DNA of 63,429 nucleotides, the filler included, from Octopus bimaculoides (taxonomy: Eukaryota): the NCBI RefSeq assembly GCF_001194135.2. It is 6 parts of 5 records of this genome, joined end to end, with 100 filler letters (N's around TTAATTAATTAA, not from the genome) between each part and the next. Parts side by side here need not be neighbours in the genome. Positions count along the whole stretch, not along the records: positions 1 to 21,704 come from NC_068985.1; 5 more parts are not named here. One strand, 5' to 3'. Shown here piece by piece: positions 1-10,395 of this stretch; position 1 is the first letter of the stretch; each line of letters begins with the position of its first letter. Under the pieces are notes generated by a model. The model searched no databases and was not told the origin of the DNA. It saw only the letters and a program-made list of their open reading frames with translations. The position numbers and the translations under genes are program-made.

Positions 1-60
1 AAAAAAAAAAAAAAAAAAAAGAAAAAAACCAGTGGCACAAAGCACATTAATATAAATAAA

Positions 61-340
61 CATCATCATCATCATTTAACATCCATTGTCCATGCTGGCA
101 TGAGTTGGACAGTTTGACTGGGCTGCCACGCTAGAAGGCTGCACCAGACTCCAGTCTGATTTGGCATGGTTTTCTAGGACTGGATGCCCTTCCTAATGCC
201 AACCACCCCGAGAGTGTAATGTGTGCTTTTACGTGCCACCAGCATGGGTGCCATTTGCATGACACTGGGGTGCGATAACACGACGCCAGTATCTGCCACG
301 ACTGCGATTTTGCTCAGCTTCACGGGTCTTCTTCTCAAAG
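61..340 (-). mobile_element. RTE-tailed short non-autonomous retroposon (family D)
   Basis: Starts with (CAT)n-TTTAACATCC..CCATGCTGGCATG, the reverse complement of the family tail CATGCTAGCATGGAAAGCGGACGTTAAA(TGA)n. Contains the GGATGCCCTTCCTAATGCCAACC core shared by >10 copies in the window. Confidence 0.85.
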
Positions 341-342
341 TC

Positions 343-579
343 ATTTGTCCTCATCTTGTTTGTTGTTAACACAACATTTCAGCTGATATACCCTCCAGCC
401 TTCATCAGGTGTCTTGGGGAAATTTTGCACCTGGGTTCTCATTCCTAAGGTATTTTTCGATGTTATTATTATTATTATTATTATTATTTATTATTATTAT
501 TATTCAGGTCACTGCCTGGAATTGAACTCGGAATCTTGGGGTTAGTAGCCCGCGCTCTTAACCACCGCACCATATGCCC
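343..579 (-). mobile_element. tRNA-headed, (AAT)n-linked, hammerhead-containing short retroelement (family H), copy 1
   Basis: Minus strand reads A-box TGGTGCGGTGG (561-572), B-box GAGTTCAATTCC (518-529), (AAT)n, then a ~130-nt body homologous to 3981-4130, 23382-23535 and 24305-24487. Confidence 0.8.
368..413 (-). ncRNA. Minimal type I hammerhead ribozyme motif (Penelope-like)
   Basis: GACAC-CTGATGA-A-GGCTG..CAGCT-GAAA-TGT-T-GTGTT. Stem I is GACAC/GTGTT, stem II closes with a G-U pair, and stem III is loopless. Confidence 0.65.
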
Positions 580-1029
580 GTGGGCAATTATGGAATGAAT
601 GGCTTAATTTTATGGCTGGCTCAACCCTTTAGCATTTATGGCTGGCTTAACCCTCTAGCATTCAGATTACATATATATGACCAGTGTAAAATTCTACAAG
701 GTTAAAGCAGAGAAATATATACACCATAAACCCAGGAACTATCTGAAGTAATTCGGTTTATCAAATGACTGTATTTTATGAATAAATACATATTTTCTTC
801 AGTTTCAATTGCTATCACAGTGTCATATAAATAAAACTCAACTAAAGGTGTATAAAAGAATAGTAAGGTATTTCCTCAATGGTAATTGAGTGTGTGTGGT
901 TAAAAGCAATTAGTTTTCCCCTCAACACTCTATTTAAGAATTAATGTTTTTCGTATGTCAGACACATAAATCTGTCACTGTTTTCTAGTTACTGACTGAA
1001 ACAAGTTTGGAATCTATTATGTATCATCT

Positions 1030-1916
1030 TTAACCCTTAATATTCGGCTTATTCTGTCAAATGTAATGCCTGTTTATTCACATTGCTTTGAATTGATTAT
1101 ACATTATCTTGTAGTTTTGAGGTGTCTTTGATGTGACTGCTTATTTGTAGAATAGCATTGTAGGGTAGGAGTAACAAGCCAGATCTGGCCAGTTTGAACA
1201 TGCAATAGGTAGAATATTTTGGCGAGATATGGCTGGCTTAATCCTTTAGCATTCCGATTACTTTGTCAAATTAATGTTTAATTATTCACATTGTTTTGTA
1301 TTAACCCTTTCAATACCAGCCTGGTTAAAACCACCTCTGGCTCTGTAGTACAAATGTCTTGTTTCCATAAGTTTTGAATTAAAATCTTCCACCAAACCTT
1401 AGTCACAATTTATGTTCCTAACACCAGCTTAATGATAACTAAGTTAGTTGACTTAATTCTTCATTACATTTAAAATTGATTGAAAGAAACACAAAGCATT
1501 TCAAAATAGATATGGTAATAAAAAGGTTAACAAATGATTAATTTAACCCTTTCGTTACCAATCCGGCTAAAACTGCCGCTGGCTCTGTAGTACAAATGTC
1601 TTGTTTTCAAAGGTTTTGAATTAAAATCTCCAACCAAACAATTTAGTCACAATTTATGTTCCTAACATCAGCTTCATGATTACTAAGTTATTTTACTAAA
1701 TTCTTTGTTATATTTAAAATTAATTGAAAAAAACCCAGAGTACTTCAAAATAAATGCAGTAACGAATGGGTTAAACGTTATCTCATTTTTTTGAAATGTT
1801 GATGAAATGATTGCCTGTTTTTAGAATATTGTAAGAAGCCAGATCTGGCTAGTTCGGAAATGAAACAGATAGAATATTTGGGCGAGATATGGCCAGTGTA
1901 AATGCCAAAAGGTTAA
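1030..1916. mobile_element. Two tandem piggyBac-type MITEs (family B); the second is interrupted by a family A' MITE dimer
   Basis: TTAA-CCCTT ends at 1030 and 1238, and AAAAGG-TTAA end at 1916. The GCCAGATCTGG..AGAATATTTGGGCGAGATATGGC body is repeated at ~1180-1240 and ~1838-1900. Junction fragments of the same family lie at ~607-665. Confidence 0.75.
1301..1774 (+). mobile_element. Dimer of ~230-bp piggyBac-type MITEs (family A')
   Basis: Units at 1301-1530 and 1543-1774, each TTAA|CCCTTT..AA(A/T)GGG|TTAA with GTTAC/GTAAC TIRs, separated by CAAATGATTAAT. Confidence 0.85.
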
Positions 1917-2039
1917 AAATTTCTTATATTTAATTTTGTCCTTTACAATCTAAGTTCAATTTTTGCAAGAGCTGATTCCGTCTTTTATCACTTGGTGACT
2001 TCATAAAAAGGTTAAACTAACATTATTAAATTATATCAT

Positions 2040-2481
2040 TGCCTCACAGAGGCAATGACTAGTGATTGAGACCTTTGGCGATGTCAAGCCAAGTGAATAA
2101 CTGGTACCTGTGCTGGTGGCATGTAAAGAACACGTTTCGAGTGTTGGGCCTTACGGAGGCAATGACTGAGACAGTTGACATTATGTAATGCTTGAGAAGA
2201 AGATCCACCAAGCTGAGCAAACTGGCAGTCATGGCAGATAACAGTGTCACGCAAATGGCACCTGTGCCAGTGGCACATAAAAGCACCCCTGTGTGACACA
2301 AATGGCACCCATGCTGGTGGCACATAAAAAGCACCAGTGTTGGTGTCATGTAAAAAGCACCCAGTACACTCTGTAAAGTGGTTGACATTAGGAAGAGCAT
2401 CCGGCCCTCCAGTTTGCCAGCTTCTGTCAAACTATCCAACCCATGCCAGTATGGAAAATAGACGTTAAATGATGATGATGA
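2040..2481 (+). mobile_element. RTE-tailed retroposon (family D variant)
   Basis: Repeated GGTGGCACATAAAAGCACC modules, GTGGTTGACATTAGGAAGAGCATCC core, ends GACGTTAAATGATGATGATGATG. Confidence 0.85.
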
Positions 2482-2487
2482 TGTTGC

Positions 2488-2898
2488 AGGAGTGGCTGTG
2501 TGGTAAGTAGCTTGCTTACCAACCACATAGTTCCGGGTTCATTCCCACTGAGTGGCATCTTGGGCAAGTGTCTTCTACTATAGCATCGGGCCGACCAAAG
2601 CTTTGTGAGTGGATTTGGCAGACGGAAACTGAAAGAAGCTTGTCGTATATATGTATATATATATATGTATGTGTGTGTGTATATGTTTGTGTGTCTGTGT
2701 TTGTCCCCCCAACATCGCTTGACAACCGATGGTGGTGCATTTATATCCTCATAGCTTAGCGGTTCGGCAAAACAGACTGATAGAATAAGTACTAGGCTTA
2801 CATAGAATAAATCCTGGGGTCGATTTGCTTTGCTTGACTAAAGGTGGTGCTCCAGCATGGCCACAATCAAATGACTGAAACAAGTAAAAGAGTAAAAG
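2488..2898 (+). mobile_element. tRNA-derived CORE-type SINE (family A; OR2-like tentative), full length
   Basis: Head GGAGTGGCTGTGTGGTAAG..CCGGGTTCATTCCC, CORE-like CTTGGGCAAGTGTCTT, internal (TA/TG)n, tail GACTGAAACAAGTAAAAGA. Confidence 0.9.
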
Positions 2899-3230
2899 AA
2901 TTAAGTGTGTGGCTAAAAGTAATTAATATCTTTATTACTTTAATTTATTTAGAAATGTGTGTTTTTCCATATTTCAAATACATAAATCTGCCCATTTCCA
3001 GCTGCTGTTTGAGACAAAGACAGAATCTATAAAGTATGAGATTTAATGGATTTTTGTCTTTAGTTGCAGGTTTTACATTTTGAATTCAATTTTATAGTCT
3101 ATTAAATTCCATTTAATAGACTACAAAATGCTCAGCACCAAATTTGTGACCTGAACCTATGTTAGGAACCAGTGTACTTGTGTTGTATAAAGATGCAAAA
3201 TTTAGAAGCTATTTCACAATATAGACATAA

Positions 3231-3780
3231 TCATCATCATCATCATCGTCGTCGTCATTTAACGTCCGCTTTCCATGCTAGTATGGGTTGGACGATTTGA
3301 CTGAGGACTGGTGAACCGGATGGCTGCACCAGGCTCCAATCTGATCTGGCAGAGTTTCTACTGCTGGATGCCCTTCCTAACACCAACCACTCCGAGAATG
3401 TAGTGGATGCTTTTACGTGCCACCGGCATGAGGGCCAGACACACGGTACTGACAACGGCCATGCTCAAAATGGTGTTTTTTACGTGCCACCTGCACAGGA
3501 GCCAGTCCAGCAGCACTGGCAATGACCTCGCTTGAATGATTTTCTAATATGCCACAGGTACAAGTGCCTGTAAGGCAATGCTGGTAATGATCACGCTCAA
3601 ATGGTGCTATATATGGGCCACTAGCACAGAAGCCAGACAGCTGCTCTGACAATGATCACGCTCGGACAGTGTGTTAGTGCTCCACTGGCACAGGTGCCAG
3701 TCATTGAATATGGTTCAATTACGATTTCGATTTCACTTGTCCCAACAGGTCTTCGCAAGCAGAATTTAGTGTCCAATGAA
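3231..3780 (-). mobile_element. RTE-tailed retroposon (family D), long copy
   Basis: (CAT)n-TTTAACGTCCGCTTTCCATGCTAG start with multiple internal GTGCCAC modules. Confidence 0.9.
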
Positions 3781-3980
3781 GTGTCCAATGATATGTAAAT
3801 ATAAATATCTGCTAAGATCTAAGGGGGATTTTTAAAGATTAGTATTAAGCTTTGATTTCACAGTGTTGTCCTTTGTCAATTTGCTAAGATTTGAGGGGCT
3901 TTTAGGGGGTCATCCTTAACCATTCATTTCCTTGTATTAGCCCTTTCTTAAAACAGAACATAATTTACGACTATAAATGT

Positions 3981-4130
3981 ACATCAAAAAATACCTTAGG
4001 AATGAGAACCCAGGTTCAAAATTTCCCTAAGACACCTGATGAAGGCTGGAGGGTATATCAGCCGAAATGTTGTGTTAACAGCAAACAAGATGAGGACAAA
4101 TATCCATCAAATGTAAATAATGTAAATAAA
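3981..4130 (+). mobile_element. Family H element, 5'-truncated copy 2
   Basis: ACATCAAAAAATACCTTAGGAATGAGAACCCAGG..CAAGATGAGGACAAATATCC, homologous to copy 1. Confidence 0.85.
4031..4076 (+). ncRNA. Minimal type I hammerhead ribozyme motif, best-preserved copy
   Basis: GACAC(4031-35) CTGATGA(4036-42) A GGCTG(4044-48)/CAGCC(4059-63) GAAA(4064-67) TGT T GTGTT(4072-76). Predicted cleavage is after 4071. Confidence 0.7.
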
Positions 4131-4154
4131 CTAGAGATGTTAGATACTTTAATC

Positions 4155-4435
4155 CAGTGGATTCCAAAGCAGGCAGTATCCCCCACCAGGGAGAGGGGGC
4201 AGTGGAAAGTTCCAAGGGAGCATTGAAGAAAAGTGGGGCGATATTGGGGTAGTGATTCATGTAAAAACAACAAAATAATGGGTTCATTAGGTTAAGTTTC
4301 ATTTGTGAAATACAGTTGCTTTGAATTTGCTTCAGAAAGAGGTCTATGTTTGTGAGGGTTAGTTGGGGTGTGGGCACTAGGAATGTGGCCTGGGTGTCAA
4401 GGGGGCAGCAGCCCGCAAAAGTTTGGGAACCACTG
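4155..4435. mobile_element. hAT-type MITE
   Basis: TIRs CAGTGGATTCCAAA / TTTGGGAACCACTG with 8-bp target site duplication CTTTAATC (4147-54) / CTTTGATC (4436-43). Confidence 0.8.
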
Positions 4436-4546
4436 CTTTGATCAAGTGCACAGATCCAATACAGGCCTACACCACTACCACCACCACCACCACCATCATC
4501 ATCATCATTTACCATCGATGTTCCATGCTGGAATGGGTCAGATTAA

Positions 4547-4781
4547 GGCAGCGAGCTAGCAGAATCGTTAGCTCGCCGGGCAAAATGCCTGGCAGTATTT
4601 CGTCTGTCTTTATGTTCAGAGTTCAAATTCCGCCGAGGCTGACTTTGCTTTTCATCCTTTCAGGGTCGATTAAATAAGTACCAGTTACGCACTGGGGTCG
4701 ATGTAATCGACTTAATCCCTTTGTCTGTCCTTGTTTGTCCCCTCTATGTTTAGTCCCTTGTGGGCAATACAGAAATAAGAA
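4547..4781 (+). mobile_element. tRNA-derived SINE (family C), full length
   Basis: Head GGCAGCGAGCTAGCAGAATCG..GAGTTCAAATTCC, central TTTCATCCTTTCAGGGTCGATTAAATAAGTACCAG..CTGGGGTCGAT domain. Further copies at ~11575-11675(+), 14235-14440(-), 15255-15440(-), 16070-16255(-), 22965-23170(-), 24510-24620(-), 28268-28475(+). Confidence 0.85.
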
Positions 4782-5044
4782 TGGGTCAGATCTGATGTGT
4801 TTAAGGAGTGTGTCGCGCTTCAGCATCCATTTCTCGATGGTTGGATACCCTTGCTAAACACCAACCACTCACATATGGAAACTGTACAGAAGCCCATCGA
4901 ATGAACCATACCAGTAATTTGACAGCCCAGCCTTGTCACATATTCCAGTAGTTAAGCAGTACATATTTTCATAACCCCTTGTTGGATTTGAACTCAAAAC
5001 AAGTTGGAGAGGAGGAGCAAGAGTGAGCAACTTAGAAACCATCA

Positions 5045-5592
5045 GTTATATGTTTAGTAGTAGTAGTGGTGGTGGTGGTGATAATAGTAGTAGTAGAAGA
5101 TGAAATTTATAACAATCAAGATAAGAAAATGTTACAATGGAATCAACAAAGTATTTTTATCCAAATATCTAAATTGTATATATAGATTGTGATGAGTAGA
5201 TGATATTGGTGCCTGGAGGTGGTGGGGAGAATGGGGAAGGTGGTGATGATGTCGTCTGATTGTAGTCATGGTGATGGCAATGGTATTGTTGCCTGGTGGT
5301 GGTGGTGGTGGTGGACATGTTTGCAGTGACTGTAATAATATGGAGAAGGTGGAGATGATGGTGGCGGTGATGGCTGATGGTGGCGGAGATGATGGTGGTG
5401 GTGGAGATGAAGGTGGTGGTGGTGGTGGCAATGATGATGGTGATGTTGGGGGTGGTGGTGGTGATGGTGTAGTGGTGGTGATTATAGCAGTGGCAGTGAT
5501 GTTGTTGGTGGTGGTGGTGGTGATGATGATGGTGGTGGTGGTGGTGGTGATGATGGTCATCATTGTCATCATCATAGTGCTGGTGGTGGTGG
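5045..5592. repeat. Compound (GGT)n/(GAT)n/(AGT)n triplet low-complexity tract running into a gap
   Basis: Directly visible; it explains the poly-G/V/H/T ORFs. Confidence 0.95.
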
Positions 5593-6136
5593 NNNNNNNN
5601 NNNNNNNNNNNNNNNNNNNNNNNNNNNNNNNNNNNNNNNNNNNNNNNNNNNNNNNNNNNNNNNNNNNNNNNNNNNNNNNNNNNNNNNNNNNNNNNNNNNN
5701 NNNNNNNNNNNNNNNNNNNNNNNNNNNNNNNNNNNNNNNNNNNNNNNNNNNNNNNNNNNNNNNNNNNNNNNNNNNNNNNNNNNNNNNNNNNNNNNNNNNN
5801 NNNNNNNNNNNNNNNNNNNNNNNNNNNNNNNNNNNNNNNNNNNNNNNNNNNNNNNNNNNNNNNNNNNNNNNNNNNNNNNNNNNNNNNNNNNNNNNNNNNN
5901 NNNNNNNNNNNNNNNNNNNNNNNNNNNNNNNNNNNNNNNNNNNNNNNNNNNNNNNNNNNNNNNNNNNNAGGGGCTGGGGTAAGTAACTTGGCAACCCAGA
6001 CATTTCCTCCCCCTTGCGAAAAAACTGATGGAAATAACAATCAACAAACGAAATACCTTTGATAATTTGGTAACAGACAAATGGTGTTCCTTAATTTGGC
6101 AGCGCAATGAGGCTTTGATGTTTTCGGTTTCTCTAC

Positions 6137-6632
6137 TTAACCCTTTTGTTGAGATGCTCTGAGTTTCTTTCAATTAATTTTAAATATAACAAAGAATTTA
6201 GTAAAATAACTTAGTTATCATTAAGATGGTGTTAGGAGCATAAATTGGGACTAAGGTTTGGTTGAAGATTTTAATTCAGAACTTTTGAAGACAAGACATT
6301 TGTACTACAGAGCCAGAGGTGGTTTCAGGCAGGTTGATATCAAAAGGGTTAAATTAATCATTTGTTAACCCTTTTGTTACTGTATTTATTTTGACATGCT
6401 CTGAGTTTCTTTCAATTAATTTCAAATATAACAAAGAATTTAGTAAACTAACTTAGTTATCATTAAGCTGGAGTTAGGAACATAAATTGTGACTAAGGCT
6501 TGGTGGAAGATTTTAATTCAAAACTTATGGAAACAAGACATTTGTTCTACAGAGCCAGAGGTGGTTTCAGCCGGGTTGGTAACAAATGGGTTAAATTAAT
6601 CATTTGTTAACCCTTTTGTTACTGCATTTATC
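6137..6632 (-). mobile_element. Tandem family A' piggyBac-type MITEs (two full, one truncated), inverted relative to 1301-1774
   Basis: TTAA-bounded units 6137-6352, 6365-6594 and 6607-~6632, separated by ATTAATCATTTG. Confidence 0.85.
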
Positions 6633-6847
6633 TGTGAAGACGCAGGCTGGAAAGCGGAGCATTTTCCAATCAAAGTTGGATGTAGAGGATTTGTAGGACA
6701 CAGTGTGAGACGACTGCTGTTATCGTTAGGCCTAACTCATCGTAAGGTAAATACCATCATGAGTGGAGTGATATCCAAAATACAGTGGAAAAGGCAAGCG
6801 ACTGGATTTGGTTAAAAACTGATGATGAGCAATGGCTAGAGAAATAA
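6633..6847 (+). pseudogene. 3' fragment of an R2-group (Hero/NeSL-like) non-LTR retrotransposon, RLE endonuclease C-terminus
   Basis: Translates CEDAGWKAEHFPIKVGCRGFVGHSVRRLLLSLG, then after a frameshift NTVEKASDWIWLKTDDEQWLEK*. This matches the EVGCRGF..AE.AS.WLW motif. Confidence 0.75.
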
Positions 6848-7721
6848 TGAGCTTTATTTAATAACCAGTTGATCTAGCAAGTGGGGCCTCATATCAGTGA
6901 TGGTGGAGGCAGCTGTAAGAAACAGCTGTAAGACTAACTTTCTCTTTATAAAGAATGCCGTCCATCCATACAGATACAATAGAATTTCTGATGTATATTC
7001 ACTAACAAGAGCATTCTCACTCTATAATGACATCTGGTAGCCTATATCTGTGGATGAGCTTTGTATAGCTTTCTACAAGGTTTTTACCCAAATTTTATTA
7101 ATCTATCTATTCAGATTGCTTCATGGTCCCAGCAGACAAAATGGAAAAGGAGTTGCCTCAGAGAATGGCGAGAGAGAGAGATGCACAAGAACAGCCTCTC
7201 TGACTCAGCCAAATAACCATGAACATTTCAAAAACTCATACATCTACAGATTCTAGCAAGGAGGGGAAAAAAAAAAAACTTGAAAAACATTTCATCAAAT
7301 CATTTAAAAGCTAATGAAATTGCTTTTTATTAGATTTTGGTTAAAACTTATTGAGAAAATTGGAGGAAAAAAAAAAGAATATACGTGGTTCTTTGAAAGA
7401 ATCTCATCAGCTATTGTACAAGGCAATGCAGCCAGTATTCTCTCTTGTCTCTGCTCATCTATTTTCAAGTGAACTATTTTCTATTTTATTTCTACGTATA
7501 TATATTTTATACAAACTATCAATATGTAACTGCCAACGAGATATAAGACATTGTGAATAATGCATACAAACAGACAGGATTTTAATGTAATTTGACATTT
7601 TTTTTTGTTGGTTTGACAATAAGCTGTGATAAAAGTCTAGTTAATTCTTGGTTCTCCATAAGGTGGTGACCTGGTAGAATTGTAAGTACACTAGGCAAAC
7701 GCTTAGCAGCATTTCGCCTTA

Positions 7722-8017
7722 CTGGCACTTGTGCCAGTGGCATGTGAACAAAACATTGGACTGACTCCTGTGCAGGTGGCACGTAAAAAACACCATTTGA
7801 GCGTGGTCGTTGCCAGTACTGCCTGACTGGCCCTCGTGTCGGTGGCACGTAAAAAGCACCCACTACACTCTTGGAGTGGTTGGCGTTAGGAAGGGCATCC
7901 AGCTGTAGAAAATCTGCCAGATCAGATTGGAGTCTGGTGTAGCCATCTGGTTTGCCAGTCCCCAGTCAAATCGTTCAACCCATGCTAGCATGGAAAGCGG
8001 ATGATGATGATGATGAT
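7722..8017 (+). mobile_element. RTE-tailed retroposon (family D), with a further fragment at ~8100-8305
   Basis: Family core GAGTGGTTGGCGTTAGGAAGGGCATCCAGCTGTAG and (GAT)n tail. Confidence 0.9.
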
Positions 8018-8266
8018 TACAAGTGTTTAGGAATTTATTTAATAGCCGAGGCCTGTCAATGGGGAATTCAGACCCATACAGTATCAAGGTATGATATAAT
8101 GGTGCCACATAAAAAGTGCCCAGAACACTCTGTTAAGCGGTTGGCATTTGCAAGGGCATCCAGCTGTAGAAACCATACCAAAGCAGACATAGAACTTGGT
8201 GGAGACCTCTGGCTCTTCTGTTCTTGTCAAACTGCCTGACCCATAGCATGGGAAAAGGGACTTTAA

Positions 8267-8305
<39 letters not shown>

Positions 8306-9109
8306 CAACCTATGTAGTAGACATAGAAACTCAACTTTAAAATAACACAAAATAAAAGTAACAGATGAGTCCACATCGTACTCGTGTAAGAATTGTAAGC
8401 TTTCTTCCTTTCTAGAAAAACTGTTCTAAGCCATCTTTTCATTTCCAATACAAACCTACTTTCAATACATTTCATACAGTCTTTTCTCCTTTGGATTGGC
8501 CCCTTCTGGAGTCCTCCTCTTTTTATCCCTAACCACAAACTTGCAATGATTGAAACTGAAGATAAATCAAATTGATGTAGCCCTAATCTTGACCTTAATC
8601 AGATGATCTATATCCTCCATTTCTGATATATTTTACCTCCTACAGACAGAGATGAAATAAATATGTTGGCCAATTATATATATCTGTCTTCAACTTCAGC
8701 CAATAATTGCCTTCCATATAAAACAAGATTGTTTTTAATAATTTGCTACTATGGAGTTTTATTTTTGTTTCATTCTTTTTATTTATCATTGTCATGTCAT
8801 AAAAAAAAACAAACGAATTCCTAATGAACTGGAAAAGCTTGTTATCAAACAGAATTATTCACGACCATAAATGATGATCGTATATTTTTCTTTTTAATAT
8901 TGACAAAAAAAAAAAAATCATTTTCATTCTTGTCTGTCTTGATATTGAATTGGTGACAGTAAAATGCTCTTCTCATGAAATGGAAAAAAAATAAATGGTT
9001 GTTTGCTTTTTATTCTATTGACCCTGGTAAGATAAAAATCAAAATTGGTTTCTGTCAGATTTGAATCCAGAAAATTAAAGATCAAAACCGAGTATTATAT
9101 AATTTGCGA

Positions 9110-9870
9110 ATAGGAGTGGCTGTGTGGTAAGTAGCTTGCTTACCAACCACATGGTTCCGGGTTCAATCCCACTGCGTGGTACCTTGGGCAAGTGTCTTCT
9201 ACTATAGCCTCGGGCTGACCAAAGCCTTGTGAGATGATGTGGTAGACGGAAACTGAAAGCCCATCGTATATATGTATCTGGCACTTGTGCCGGATGGCAT
9301 GTGTAAAGACATTTGAGCGAGATCGTTGCCAGTGCCGCCGATCTGGCTCCTGTGCAGGTGGCACGTAAAATACACCATTTTGAGCATGGCTGTTGCCAGT
9401 ACTGTGTGACTGGTCTTCGTGACGGTGGCACGTAAAAGCACCCACTACACTCTTGGAGTGGTTGGCATTAGGAAGGGCATCCAGCTGTAGAAACTCTGCC
9501 AAATCAGATTGGAGCCTGGTGCAGCCATCTGGTTTCACCAGTCCTCAGTCAAATCATCCAACCCATGCTAGCATGGAAAGCGGACGTTAAATGACGATGA
9601 TGATGATGATGATGATGATAATGATGATGATGATGATGATGTATGTGTGTTTGTGTGTCTATGTTTGTCCCCCCGACCATCGCTTGACAACTGATGCTCT
9701 GTGTGTTTACGTCCCTGTAACTTAGCGGTTCAGCAAAAAGAGACCGATAGAATAAGTACTAGGCTTACAAAGGATAAATCCTGGGGTCGATTTGCTCGAC
9801 TAAAGGCGGTGCTCCAGCATGGCCACAGTCAAATGATTGAAACAAGTAAAAGAATAAAAGAAAAAAAAAA
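9110..9870 (+). mobile_element. Family A SINE with a family D element (9278-9641) nested in its central (TA)n region
   Basis: The A head ends at CCCATCGTATATATGTAT, a complete D copy with (GAT)n tail follows, then the A body resumes at TATGTGTGTTTGTGTGTC..GAAACAAGTAAAAGA. Confidence 0.9.
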
Positions 9871-10052
9871 AGAATTTTGATTAATAAAATTTGGGTAAAA
9901 AACCTTGTAGAAAACCTATACAAAGTAAAAACCTTGTCATAAACCTCTACAAAGCTCATCCACTGGTATACCAGATGTCATTATAGAGTGAAAATGCTCT
10001 TGTCAGGAATTCTATAGTATCTGTAGAGTTTATACAAATAGATGACTTATAG

Positions 10053-10339
10053 AAAATGGATTGAATGGCATTCTTTAGTTAAGATCACTACAATTGTTTC
10101 TGCACACTCATAGTACATTCATGAGATGACATAATTAATAGATTGTGTAACTACTATCATCCATCAAAGGTGTAAGATGTGTTTTTCAGATGATTATTTT
10201 GAATAAGACCTCCTCTGATGGATGATTATGATTACATAATATGTTAATCATATCATCTCACCAATGTACTATGGGTACAACGGTGTGTGGAAACAATTGT
10301 AGTGATTTTGAATAAAAGAATGTATTCCAGTTCATTTTT
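10053..10339. repeat. Degenerate long palindrome (foldback/MITE-like), ~115-bp arms
   Basis: ATCACTACAATTGTTTC pairs with GAAACAATTGTAGTGAT, ATAGTACATT with AATGTACTAT, and ATCATCCATCA with TGATGGATGAT. Confidence 0.8.
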
Positions 10340-10349
10340 TTCTTATCTA

Positions 10350-10381
<32 letters not shown>

Positions 10382-10395
10382 TCTATCTATACATT

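Noticed and set aside
513-579. Possible true tRNA gene (also the heads at 16373, 26277, 27358)
   Set aside because: A and B boxes are present but there is no proper acceptor stem or poly-T terminator, and each continues into a repeat body. These are SINE heads.
2997-3035. 32-nt AG..GT micro-exon candidate (LLFETKTESI)
   Set aside because: Too short to distinguish from chance without RNA data.
5132-6173. Long ORFs rich in X, H, T, I, Y or V throughout the ORF track
   Set aside because: They span N gaps or translate microsatellites; there is no coding signal.
8263-8650. Minus-strand ORF with an upstream acceptor-like site
   Set aside because: All three frames after the acceptor close quickly, and I recognise no motif or donor.
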